The notes: generated by a model not told the origin, from the sequence alone. DNA of 64,000 nt from Candidatus Pacearchaeota archaeon (GCA_017608345.1 JAFCGA010000002.1:1396-65395), one strand, 5' to 3'; counted from the stretch's first letter, positions 39,746 through 49,049 are shown. Numbers and translations: made by a program.

Positions 39746-40036
39746 ATGGTAAAAAAGAGAAGAAGAACGACCGGAAGTGTAAGGTACTTTGTACTGCAGT
39801 CTAGTGGAAAAGATACATCCCATGTCTTTACAGGAAGACAGCCACGACAAGCAGCTTTGAAAGCAGCTACTCGAGGATTCACGAGCATTACTCTTCGAGA
39901 GCGCGGAAGAAAGAAGCTTCACATATTCAGTGGTAGCCGAAAGAAAGTTGGCGCTCCAGCAAACGCACCTGCTTGGATGCCAAGATCTATCTGGAAGGCA
40001 AACGTACGAAAGAAGGGTATCAAACACCTTAAGTAA
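39746..40036 (+). CDS. non-histone chromosomal protein MC1
   Basis: FTGRQPRQAALKAA, LRERG.KK.H.F, AP..AP.WMP..I. Confidence 0.93.
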   Translation: MVKKRRRTTGSVRYFVLQSSGKDTSHVFTGRQPRQAALKAATRGFTSITLRERGRKKLHIFSGSRKKVGAPANAPAWMPRSIWKANVRKKGIKHLK

Positions 40037-40060
40037 TTTTTTAGAGAGGGTTTTTCCCTC
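40037..40060. terminator. T-tract plus short hairpin between convergent genes
   Basis: TTTTTT followed by GAGGG-TTTTT-CCCTC. Confidence 0.4.
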
Positions 40061-40065
40061 GATTC

Positions 40066-40815
40066 TTATTTATTTTTTTGTAGTGCAAATACCCAGAATT
40101 TAGAATCTTCTTTTGGTTCTGTGAATTGATAATTATCATATGCTCCGATAAGTTCGAAATTAGTTTGAGCAATAATTTCTTTTAATTCTTCTAGGGTATA
40201 TGTTTTTATTAAGTTCTGTTCTTGGAATTCCCTTTCCTTAATCTTAGCTAATAATGTAACATATACTAAGGAGTGATCTTGCTCATCAAATTTTATAATC
40301 CATTTATATTTTAGTCCATTAACTTTAGTAAACTCAGAACACTTAGCGAATTTCCGTTCGTAGTCAATTCTTGGTTTGACATCGAAAATAAAAATACCCT
40401 CGATATTTAGCTGCTGATAAACTTCATTTAGGAAGCATATAAATTCCTCGCGGCGCAATATATGCGCCGTAGAAAAATCTAAACAAATTGCTGAATCAAA
40501 CTTGTCAGCAAGCACTATATTATAAAAAGATTGGTTAAATAATTTAATATCCAGTTGATGCTTCTTGATTTTCTCTTCTGCAATGTTTAACATATTTTTT
40601 GAGAGGTCTATTCCCGTGACTCTGATTCCGTCTTTTGCGTATAATCTTGCATTATTGCAAGTTCCACATGCTAGATCCAATAATGAATTCGGAATAACGC
40701 CTTGCTGCCGCCAAATTTCTTCTATGAACGCCTTCCATTCGCTATATTTTGAGTATTTCTGTACTTTATCATAAAATTTGCTAAATAGTTCATACTGCTC
40801 GGATGTCTTAATCAT
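40066..40815 (-). CDS. class I SAM-dependent methyltransferase
   Basis: LDLACGT, GIDLS..ML, G.FIFDV. Confidence 0.88.
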   Translation of the reverse strand: MIKTSEQYELFSKFYDKVQKYSKYSEWKAFIEEIWRQQGVIPNSLLDLACGTCNNARLYAKDGIRVTGIDLSKNMLNIAEEKIKKHQLDIKLFNQSFYNIVLADKFDSAICLDFSTAHILRREEFICFLNEVYQQLNIEGIFIFDVKPRIDYERKFAKCSEFTKVNGLKYKWIIKFDEQDHSLVYVTLLAKIKEREFQEQNLIKTYTLEELKEIIAQTNFELIGAYDNYQFTEPKEDSKFWVFALQKNK

Positions 40816-40858
40816 GCTTCGAACAAGTCAAGAAAGGTTTTAAAATATTTATAGAATT

Positions 40859-41023
40859 AAGAGTATTCTCGCCAAGTAGCCATTTTCTTTTCCAGACAGG
40901 AACTAGTTCCTGTTGGCCAAGAGAATCTGCGATTCTCTCTGGCTTTGCGAAAGAAAAGAAACTAGGCATCTAAAGAAAAGAAAGCATATTGTTCGCTTCG
41001 CTCAAGAGTATTCTCGCCAAGTA
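40859..41023. mobile_element. 125-bp palindromic (MITE/REP-like) insertion flanked by 20-bp direct repeats
   Basis: AAGAGTATTCTCGCCAAGTA at 40859-40878 and 41004-41023; hairpin modules at 40892-40916 and 40917-40942. Confidence 0.8.
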
Positions 41024-41331
41024 TGTTTACACTTAGTGCATCTAAAAAATTCTGTCTCGGGCTCGTCAGATGCGCGAGTTTGCAAGGACCAATGGTAGGC
41101 TTTGCTGTTACCGCATTTTTCGCAAGGCTCTTCCAAGCTAATTGTCGCTAGAGTCTGTTCTTCACCTTCTGAAACTCCTTCACCCTTTTGCTCATTAAAC
41201 ATCTTCTCAGAAACTTTGATTCTGGCATGTTTCGTAGAGATTTTTTCATTACAGCGAGGGCATTTTACTACTTGCTTTCCATTCTCTGTTGCCGGTACAA
41301 GTATGCTCCCGCATTTATCACAAAAATTCAT
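41002..41331 (-). CDS. tfs: transcription factor S (TFS, RpoM family)
   Basis: MNFCDKCG..L, CEKCG...AY.W..QTRASDEPET.F..C..C.HTWREY. Confidence 0.93.
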   Translation of the reverse strand: MNFCDKCGSILVPATENGKQVVKCPRCNEKISTKHARIKVSEKMFNEQKGEGVSEGEEQTLATISLEEPCEKCGNSKAYHWSLQTRASDEPETEFFRCTKCKHTWREYS

Positions 41332-41393
41332 TCTGGCTCTTTCCGAGGAACGATTAATATTTAATACTTTCTAATTCAAACCCGCTAAAACTA

Positions 41394-41562
41394 CTTTTTC
41401 TTTCTTGCAACCAAGCGAACTCCGTTCGCGTGGCCAAGAGAAAGCTCGCTTTCTCTCTGGAGAAAGAAAATCTATGCTACCAAGCGGAATGAAATTCCGC
41501 GTGGCCAAGAGAAATCGAAGATTTCTCTCTGGAAAGAAAGAAGCATATTACTCACTGCGCTC
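41394..41562. repeat. modular palindromic element with four CCA...TGG hairpins
   Basis: Hairpins at 41411-41433, 41434-41460, 41480-41504 and 41505-41532; terminus AAGCATATTACTCACTGCGCTC resembles that of the 40.9-kb copy. Confidence 0.85.
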
Positions 41563-41607
41563 GAAAATAAGCAATATTCTTAAAAACGCGCAAAGTAAGT
41601 ATATTCT

Positions 41608-42504
41608 ATGCCAACGAATGTATCTGTTTATTATCTCAAGGCGGAGATGGGCTATCATGAAGCTAAGACTACGCAGGAAAAGCTCAAGGCTCTTAAGCAC
41701 ATGCTTTCTTTATCTCCTGGGCACAAAGGTGCTGAGAAGCTTAGAAAAGATATTAAAGAAAAAATAAGAAAATTAAAATATCTGAAGGAGAAGGAAAGAA
41801 AGCAAGTTAAGCGTTCTGGGCATTCGATAACTGTTAAGAAAGAAGGCGCAGCGCAGATTGTTTTTGTGGGGATTCCTAACTCTGGCAAATCGACTCTGCT
41901 TTCTAAATTATCTGGCAAATCTATTAAAATAGCAGAATATCCCTTTACTACAAAACTACCTGCTGTAAAAATGATTCCTTTTGGGGGAATTAAATTGCAA
42001 GGCGTTGAAATTCCAGCGCTTTACGAAAAAATCGAGGAAAATTCCCGCGGTCGCCAGATGCTAGCTATAATCCGAACCGCAGATTTCATAGTAGTTGTTG
42101 CAAAAGAGCGGAAGTATTTGCAGCCAGCAAAAGATATTCTAGCAGAAGTTGGAATTTACCTCGGAGCTAAAACGAAATACAGAGATGGATTTATCGAACA
42201 TATTCCTTCCCTCGATGTTGTCGGAAAAGACTTTGATAATAAGAACTTGGTAAAGAAGATTTGGCTAAAGCAAGGAAAGATACGCGTTCAGACAAAAGCT
42301 CGCGGACAGAAAGCTGCTAAGAAGCCGGTTATTTTGAAAGAAAGGGGAACAGTTGAGCAGCTAGCTAAAATAGTCCATAAAGATTTTATTAAGAAATTTC
42401 GGTACGCTAAAGTCTGGGGTCCTTCTGCTCACTTTCCGGGCGAGAAAGTTGGCTTTGAGCATAAGTTGAAGGATAGGGACGTTGTTGAGTTGTTTATGAA
42501 ATAA
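41608..42504 (+). CDS. DRG/OBG family GTPase with TGS domain (short, divergent)
   Basis: P.HKG.EK, GIPNSGKSTL, YPFTT, YAKVWGPSA.FPG..VG..H.L.D.DVVE. Confidence 0.88.
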   Translation: MPTNVSVYYLKAEMGYHEAKTTQEKLKALKHMLSLSPGHKGAEKLRKDIKEKIRKLKYLKEKERKQVKRSGHSITVKKEGAAQIVFVGIPNSGKSTLLSKLSGKSIKIAEYPFTTKLPAVKMIPFGGIKLQGVEIPALYEKIEENSRGRQMLAIIRTADFIVVVAKERKYLQPAKDILAEVGIYLGAKTKYRDGFIEHIPSLDVVGKDFDNKNLVKKIWLKQGKIRVQTKARGQKAAKKPVILKERGTVEQLAKIVHKDFIKKFRYAKVWGPSAHFPGEKVGFEHKLKDRDVVELFMK

Positions 42505-43000
42505 GATATTTCTTTAATCGACGGATATGAAAATATTTCGCAGCATCATTTACTTCGAGAATCTTATCAAGTGAAAATGCCTTTGAAAAATCTCGCAGTT
42601 CATTAATCTTATTGCGAGTCTTTCGTTTTTCTTTTATCTTCCCTCTGCGATTGAATCTAGCAATTCGCTGTTCTTTCCAAGCAGCTAGGACTTCTTGTTC
42701 TAATTGTTTCTTTAGATATGCTGATTTGTGAACTCCATATTGATTGAGATGATGTGCTTCGCATAGCGTTACTAAGTTCTTCGAGCTATGAACAAAATCT
42801 CGTTCAAAATATTTTACTTCAGTTGTGCGAGGGATTACGTGATGGACATTAAAATAAAACTCGAGAGATTCGTAACCCGCTACTCGACGAGCGTGTTTAT
42901 TCCTAACGCCGCAAGCTTGACAAGCGTACTTATCTTTTTCTCTTTGAGCATCTCTTATTTCTGCCCAGTTCTTAGGAAGTGGTTCATCTCCATAAGCCAT
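42494..43000 (-). CDS. HNH endonuclease
   Basis: W..IR.....D.Y.CQACG, VHHVIP, NLVTLC..HH. Confidence 0.85.
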   Translation of the reverse strand: MAYGDEPLPKNWAEIRDAQREKDKYACQACGVRNKHARRVAGYESLEFYFNVHHVIPRTTEVKYFERDFVHSSKNLVTLCEAHHLNQYGVHKSAYLKKQLEQEVLAAWKEQRIARFNRRGKIKEKRKTRNKINELRDFSKAFSLDKILEVNDAAKYFHIRRLKKYLIS

Positions 43001-43048
43001 ACGAATATTACAAGCGTAAACTAATAAAAAGGATCGATTATCTGAAGT

Positions 43049-43498
43049 TTAGTCTATTATGTGAAAAATAGCAACTAAGGCCTCTGTTTTGTCCGCCTTG
43101 ACTTCATCGATGAACTCATATCCAAATAGAATTAAGTGATTGACATACTTAGGATCATACACAATAACTCCCTTTGATCTTTCAGTAGTTCTTCTTCTAC
43201 GATGCCGATTAAACCATGTTTCATCGTAAAGATAAGTAAGATGCTCTGATTTTACATCAAGATTACTATACTTAAAGTCTATATCAGACTTAGGATCTCT
43301 GTCAGTTCCTGTTTTTTTAACAAGTTCAAATTGCCGCTCATCAAAGAAGCGATATAGTAACTGCGAGTTATAAAGATTTGAAACCTTCAATTTTTCTATA
43401 ACTTGTTCTTGAAGACTGCCTATGCCTCTATTGGCATCTTCTTCTTTTATTTCAAATATATTCCTGTGATATAAGATTAGTTCAAGCTCAGGTGTCAT
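43049..43498 (-). CDS. hypothetical protein
   Basis: 149-aa ORF co-oriented with neighbours; no recognisable motif. Confidence 0.6.
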   Translation of the reverse strand: MTPELELILYHRNIFEIKEEDANRGIGSLQEQVIEKLKVSNLYNSQLLYRFFDERQFELVKKTGTDRDPKSDIDFKYSNLDVKSEHLTYLYDETWFNRHRRRRTTERSKGVIVYDPKYVNHLILFGYEFIDEVKADKTEALVAIFHIID

Positions 43499-43559
43499 GT
43501 ATTACTCTTTAAAAGTTGTTTTAAAAACGTTTTGATTATAATAAGCTCTCAGTATAGTG

Positions 43560-44120
43560 TTATTTCTTCTCGAGCCCAACTAAATAAACCTCTTTGCTCT
43601 CCTTCCTAGAACTCTCCGGCTTAAATTTCTTAACCTCAGCAAACACTTTTTTCATCTTTCTAACTAATTCATTAGTCTCAGCACCTTCGAAGACCTTAAC
43701 AACAAAAGCCCCATTTTTTCTTAAGAATTTCTGAGCAATTTCAAGGGCAATCTCAGCTAGAATTTCAGATTTTCCTTGGTCTAACTTACGAATCCCTGAT
43801 GTTGATGGTGCCATATCTGAGAGAACTACATTAAACTTGCCTCTTAACTTCTCAAGACATGTATCTTTAGTCAGATCACAAACAATTGATTTAACATTTT
43901 TAATTTCAGAAATTGATTTTAGATCTACTGCTATCCCTTTTGCTCCTAATTTCGAGCAGACTTGCGACCAAGAACCCGGCGCTGCTCCGAGATCTAGAAC
44001 TTTGTATCCTCTTTTAATTATTCTGTATTTCTTGTTTATTTCTAAAAGTTTGTAAGCTGCTCTAGATCGATAGCCTTCTGTTTTGGCTTTCTGGAAGTAG
44101 GAATCTTTTCGATTATACAT
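43560..44120 (-). CDS. rlmE: 23S rRNA 2'-O-methyltransferase RlmE/FtsJ
   Basis: YRSRAAYKL, DLGAAPGSWSQ, SDMAP, K.F.G, KP.SSR..S.E.Y. Confidence 0.95.
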   Translation of the reverse strand: MYNRKDSYFQKAKTEGYRSRAAYKLLEINKKYRIIKRGYKVLDLGAAPGSWSQVCSKLGAKGIAVDLKSISEIKNVKSIVCDLTKDTCLEKLRGKFNVVLSDMAPSTSGIRKLDQGKSEILAEIALEIAQKFLRKNGAFVVKVFEGAETNELVRKMKKVFAEVKKFKPESSRKESKEVYLVGLEKK

Positions 44121-44670
44121 CTTTTAATCCTTCAACAAATTTCCTGCAGAGTTCGTAATCTTTCTTAATCATCTTTCGAGACGTATCAAATTGCAGCTCC
44201 GAGAAAAAGTTTAGTAGCTTGTTAAGCGTTTTGATTATGAATTCATAAGATGTATTTTCTTTATACCTGTGTGCAATCGCTCGGGCAATACCTGCTGGCG
44301 TAAGTAGCCACATCTTATCCGCATCGTGTAATATCTTTCCTTCGAGTGAGGGCCTCTTAATTGTTTTAATAATTGAATGTGTATGACACATTATTGCTAG
44401 CTTAACTTGCTCAATCTTCTTTGAAGGGTAGCCTTCTTTCTTCAGAAACTTTTCAGCAAGCTTTGCAGAATCTTCTGTATGGAATTTCTTACCCCGAGAA
44501 AAATCAATATCATGCAAGCGAGCAGCAATTTCCAAAATCTCCAGATCTGCTTCGAGAAGTTTTCCTAATTTCAGAGCGTGTTTTGTAACAAACTCATTAT
44601 GAATCCAATTATATTCATCGTTATCATATTTGCTTTTTACGAATTTGTTAACCTTGGAAATGATTGTCAT
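44113..44670 (-). CDS. HD domain protein
   Basis: H...V, A.LHDI, H...SA, I..H, DADK. Confidence 0.85.
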   Translation of the reverse strand: MTIISKVNKFVKSKYDNDEYNWIHNEFVTKHALKLGKLLEADLEILEIAARLHDIDFSRGKKFHTEDSAKLAEKFLKKEGYPSKKIEQVKLAIMCHTHSIIKTIKRPSLEGKILHDADKMWLLTPAGIARAIAHRYKENTSYEFIIKTLNKLLNFFSELQFDTSRKMIKKDYELCRKFVEGLKDV

Positions 44671-44720
44671 AGTAAAATATATTAGTTCAGATGTTAAAAG
44701 CTTAATTATTCGGTGATATT

Positions 44721-45098
44721 ATCGGAGGCAAACCAAAAGGATCAAACGCTGAACGGCAGCTAGTCAGTTTTTTCTGGGACACCGGAGAATGGTCTGCGCT
44801 AAGAATTGCTGGCTCAGGTAGAATGAATTATCCTAGTCCAGATGTGCTAGCTAGCAACGGCGATAAGATATTAGCTATTGAATGCAAAGCTACAAAAAAA
44901 GAGCACCAGTATTTTGATAAAGAACAGATAAACCAGCTAGTTCAATTCTCTGAAATGTTCGGCGCCGCACCGCTAATTGCTATTAAGTTTTCCTCAAAAT
45001 GGAATTTTTACGGATTGGCAGATTTAAAGCAAACTCCGTCTGGGCGGTTTGTGATAAAGAAGAACGCTGAAGGGAAGCCTTTTTCACAAATATTATAA
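44721..45098 (+). CDS. hjc: Holliday junction resolvase Hjc (apparent ATC/ATT start)
   Basis: In-frame extension IGGKPKGSNAERQLV...ALRIAGSG precedes PDVLA, IECK, EQ...L..F. Confidence 0.9.
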   Translation: MGGKPKGSNAERQLVSFFWDTGEWSALRIAGSGRMNYPSPDVLASNGDKILAIECKATKKEHQYFDKEQINQLVQFSEMFGAAPLIAIKFSSKWNFYGLADLKQTPSGRFVIKKNAEGKPFSQIL

Positions 45099-45120
45099 GC
45101 TCTCCTACTAACTGCAAAAC

Positions 45121-45840
45121 ATGTTTATTCAACTCCCGTCGATAAGTAATATCCTTATTTTTACACCAATCTTTTTTGCAGGAATTCTAGCTCTCGGAGC
45201 TTTTTCTGGCTGGTTAAAACTAAAGAAACGGATTAACACCGGGCATACAAGAAAACTATTTCATGTCGGAGTTTTCACTGCGGCTGCAATAGTCGGATTA
45301 TTCTTTGGCTTTAAAGCAACACTGATCTTCGGAGGAGCAGCTGGAATTTATACGCTTTTAGCAATTCTTCTGGGAGACGGAAATCTTCTTTATGAGGGAA
45401 TTGCTAGAGAAAAAGACAAGCCACATAGGACGCTTTACATAATAATTCCTTTTTTTGCAACAGCTATCGGAGGATTAGCTAGCAATTATTTCTTCAGCGC
45501 CTTTGCAGTTGCGGGATATTTGGTTGCTGGCTGGGGAGATGCAGCTGGCGAGATATTTGGAACTTGGTTTGGGAAGCACAAGTACTGCGTGCCAAGCATA
45601 CTTAAGAAAGTGAAATGTCAGCGATCCATCGAAGGCAGCTTAGCGGTTTTCGTAATGACTTTTTTAATAATCGCAGTTTATATTTACAAAATAATGTCAA
45701 TTAAAACTTATTATATTTTTATTGTTGCGCTTGTCGCGGCAGCAGCAACAGCGATTATAGAAGCGATTTCACCTCACGGAGTAGATAATTTTACAACTCA
45801 GATCGCAGCAACAGCTGTTTGTTATTTTATGTTAATCTAG
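45121..45840 (+). CDS. phytol/dolichol kinase-like CTP-dependent membrane kinase
   Basis: RKLFH, GWGDAAG..FG..FGKH, SIEGS, E.ISPHGVDN. Confidence 0.8.
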   Translation: MFIQLPSISNILIFTPIFFAGILALGAFSGWLKLKKRINTGHTRKLFHVGVFTAAAIVGLFFGFKATLIFGGAAGIYTLLAILLGDGNLLYEGIAREKDKPHRTLYIIIPFFATAIGGLASNYFFSAFAVAGYLVAGWGDAAGEIFGTWFGKHKYCVPSILKKVKCQRSIEGSLAVFVMTFLIIAVYIYKIMSIKTYYIFIVALVAAAATAIIEAISPHGVDNFTTQIAATAVCYFMLI

Positions 45841-46299
45841 ATCAATCTGAGTAGTTTCTTTGCGAGTTTTAAGTGCTATGAACACGTCGATATCTGCGAC
45901 CCCGTCAATCAAAGAAATCTTATGAGTTAGCTTATGTATATCTGCGATTGTTGGTGCCTTGATCTTTACAATGAGATCATAAGTTCCTTGTAGGACATGA
46001 CACTCCTGCACATGATCCATTCGCGAGACTTGAATAGATATTCCTTCAGAACCCAGAGAGGTATTTGAGACTTTCTTAGCATCGATTAGAACAAAGGCGG
46101 TTATGTAGCTACCCAGATATTCATCATTTAGCACTGCTCTAAATGCTTTTATTATGCCTTCTTTCTTGTATTTCTTAAGGCGATTGTGGATAGTAGACAT
46201 AGGCACTCGAGTATGGTCAGAAAGAGTTCTGATTTTCTGAGAGCAATCTTTTTGTAGCTCTGCTAGCAATTTCTTATCCAGTTTATCGATTTTTTTCAT
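45832..46299 (-). CDS. Lrp/AsnC family transcriptional regulator
   Basis: D.LD..LL..LQ.D, ST...R.K....GII, ECH...G.YDL. Confidence 0.92.
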   Translation of the reverse strand: MKKIDKLDKKLLAELQKDCSQKIRTLSDHTRVPMSTIHNRLKKYKKEGIIKAFRAVLNDEYLGSYITAFVLIDAKKVSNTSLGSEGISIQVSRMDHVQECHVLQGTYDLIVKIKAPTIADIHKLTHKISLIDGVADIDVFIALKTRKETTQIDLD

Positions 46300-46436
46300 A
46301 GTATTAAAAAGAATGGATATATTCTTAAAGTTTCCGGAAATTTTCCAATATATCGTCGGTCTTTGGTTATTTTTATCAAAATTTTATGAATTACCTTATA
46401 AGATTTGCTTTTTTACAAACTATTAGGTGATAAATA

Positions 46437-49049
46437 ATGAAATGGTTTTCCTCAGATCAGCAGTCGTCTTCAGAACAGCGAAGAAAGAATCTCCTAAAGC
46501 GAGCACTTAGACTTACGAAAAAAGAAGATATAGATAGATTAGGTAAGCCGTTGCTAGAGGCTTACTCTAATTGGAGGTATAGAGATCCGAGAATTTTTAG
46601 GTTAATAATTGAGAACCCGAATGCAAGGCATCTTGAGGAAGCAGCGATTAATATGGTTCAAGATAGCGGCTCTGAGACAGGGTATTATGCAGTAAAAGAA
46701 TATATTTCTCCACGTAATGAATACTATAAATATGCCGTTCGTCTGTTAATGCGAATAGCTCAGAATCAGCAGAATAAATCGAATATATACTATGATGCTA
46801 GCGGATTAATAATCGAGAATAAATTAACGGATGAAGATTCTCAAAAGTTAATCGCTCGCATGATGCATAAGCCTTCTAAAGATATCGCGATAAAATTAAA
46901 ACGAATATGGAAAAAACGGCCAGAGTTAAGAGAAACCTTAGATTCTAAAGTAAGAAAAGAGTTGGGAATTATAGCACGGTTCGGTACATGCACCGCTGGT
47001 GATATTGAACTTATCAAGTTTTATTTAGAAAATAATATTTTCTCTGAAGATGTTGTTCTTCCAAAACTAATGTATTTGGCGCGGAAAACTGAAGAGGAGA
47101 CTTTAAAATTCAAAGTACTTGAGTTTTTTAATATGGCGGATTCAAAGAGGCATACTTGTGAATACGCTGATGAATTAATCGGCTTAGCAGTTAAAGGATT
47201 AGATGATCACTTTGAGACTAGCTCAAAGTTTCTTAAAAAAGCACTTAGAGATACTCCTTATGCTACACTAGACAAGCTTAGCGATTTGAGTTACTCTAAT
47301 ACTAATTCTAAGGCGCATTTTCTGCATGAGACTGCGGAGGAGTTTAGTTTACCTGAGCTGAAGAATATAGCATATAATTATCTCTCTAAACGAGCGGAGA
47401 GTGCAGCTGCAGAACTATTTACAGATTCGCGAAGAGCTAAGATTAAGGAACTTATAGCAATTAATAATCTCAGTCAAGAATATTTATCTGTAGATATCTT
47501 AAAACAAGTATTTGGTGTTTTAATTGAGGATACAGATGCAGCAATGAGAGCAGATGCAGCGGAATTATTAGGTACTGTAGGCGGACAGTATCCTGAAAAA
47601 GTGCTTGGTATAGATCATTTAGTATATTATTTAATTGAGAATCTTGATGATCGTTCGTACGATGTCTGTGCTAAGGCAGCAGAGGCAATAGGAAAAATTG
47701 GAGCAGCAAATCCTTCAGCAGTAGCTGAAGCTATCCCGAGATTGGCTGCTGTCAGAGAGCGAGATTCTGGTTTCAATAAGTGTGCCCTACTTGCTTTAGA
47801 GAGGATAGCAAGCTCAAATGCAGCGCTAGTAGCTCCACATCTCGATGATATTATTGAGACCTTAGATAAGCAATATACTTCTATTGAGAAGGAGTATTAT
47901 GAGGTTGACTCGCGTAAAAGAAGGTTCAGGTCAATGCTAAGCAGTGCGTGCAAAATCACTAAGTCCATAACTGAAGGTGGGCTAGAAGAACATGTTCTAA
48001 ACATTTCGCAGGTTTTTCCAACTCTTGAGAAATATCACGAGGAGATGAAGCAAAATGAATTGAATCCAGTTTTAACAGAAACGCGGTTACGCTTAACAGA
48101 AAGATTACCACCTTCACCTTCAACAAAAGTAACGGCCGTTAAAGTTTCAGATAAAGCGGTGTGTACAGAAGAGATTAGTGATGAACTTCCTGAACCAGAA
48201 GAGTTGTTAAAAGAAGTACCGCTTTGCTCTGGCGCTATAGCTGTTAAGACTGGCGTCGGTTATCGCGGCGGAACAGTAAATTATAAGGTTAAGATAGAGA
48301 ATAATACACCTCATCCAATTAATGATCTAAGAATTCTTCCACTGATGGGAGATGAACAGTTATTCTCAATAAATAAGGGCGTGGGAAGGATTAGCTTGTT
48401 AAAACCCGGAGAGTCCAAGACCTCTGAGTTTATACTTCGCCCAACTGGTGAATGTGGGAATATTGAAATTCTTGCACAAGTAACCTATTACGATGCACAG
48501 CAAGGAGAATACCTTGTAATTAGCAGCGATGCAAAGAAGACAGCCATAACTTGCCCATTAATTAAGTCAAAGCCGATAAGTGCAGAAGTATGGGACGAAT
48601 ATGTCAATTCATTGTTACTATATTCTGAAGATACAAGTGCAATAGCTGTCCCTTGTGATACTTTATCTAGCAAGATATCTGAAGCAGTGCGGTCTTCGCT
48701 AAATCTAAGCCTCATTTTTAGTGATACGAATTTGCTTGGACAATACGAGCGAAAACTGACTCAGAAGTTCTACGGAGAAGGTATTAAGGGGCTTCGGTAT
48801 GCAGTGCAAGTTGATGTTATCGGTACTGGCGAGAACTCCCGTGTCGCGGTTAAAGCTTTTGCAGAGAACGAACAAGCTCTGGCTGGCTTTTACCATAAAT
48901 TGCTTGATGAAATAGATAAGGAAGTTGAAGGTCTTAAAGATAGAATTAATGTGAATATATATAATATTCAAGATTCAGTGATTATGAGAAGTAATCTCGG
49001 TTCAGGAAGCCCGATAAAATTAGAAGGCTCGATTGTGATTGGTTCATAA
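46437..49049 (+). CDS. HEAT-repeat protein with C-terminal Ig-like and alpha/beta domains
   Basis: HEAT repeats (MRADAAELLG, VCAKAAEAIGKIG); KVKIENNT..PI.DL, LKPGESKT.EF.L.P. Confidence 0.75.
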   Translation: MKWFSSDQQSSSEQRRKNLLKRALRLTKKEDIDRLGKPLLEAYSNWRYRDPRIFRLIIENPNARHLEEAAINMVQDSGSETGYYAVKEYISPRNEYYKYAVRLLMRIAQNQQNKSNIYYDASGLIIENKLTDEDSQKLIARMMHKPSKDIAIKLKRIWKKRPELRETLDSKVRKELGIIARFGTCTAGDIELIKFYLENNIFSEDVVLPKLMYLARKTEEETLKFKVLEFFNMADSKRHTCEYADELIGLAVKGLDDHFETSSKFLKKALRDTPYATLDKLSDLSYSNTNSKAHFLHETAEEFSLPELKNIAYNYLSKRAESAAAELFTDSRRAKIKELIAINNLSQEYLSVDILKQVFGVLIEDTDAAMRADAAELLGTVGGQYPEKVLGIDHLVYYLIENLDDRSYDVCAKAAEAIGKIGAANPSAVAEAIPRLAAVRERDSGFNKCALLALERIASSNAALVAPHLDDIIETLDKQYTSIEKEYYEVDSRKRRFRSMLSSACKITKSITEGGLEEHVLNISQVFPTLEKYHEEMKQNELNPVLTETRLRLTERLPPSPSTKVTAVKVSDKAVCTEEISDELPEPEELLKEVPLCSGAIAVKTGVGYRGGTVNYKVKIENNTPHPINDLRILPLMGDEQLFSINKGVGRISLLKPGESKTSEFILRPTGECGNIEILAQVTYYDAQQGEYLVISSDAKKTAITCPLIKSKPISAEVWDEYVNSLLLYSEDTSAIAVPCDTLSSKISEAVRSSLNLSLIFSDTNLLGQYERKLTQKFYGEGIKGLRYAVQVDVIGTGENSRVAVKAFAENEQALAGFYHKLLDEIDKEVEGLKDRINVNIYNIQDSVIMRSNLGSGSPIKLEGSIVIGS

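Noticed and set aside
41411-41532. CRISPR mini-array
   Set aside because: Units differ in sequence, abut without unique spacers, and no cas genes are present
41405-41767. 120-aa ORF, and the 61-aa ORF 40913..41098
   Set aside because: They are translations of the palindromic elements and overlap real genes in another frame or strand
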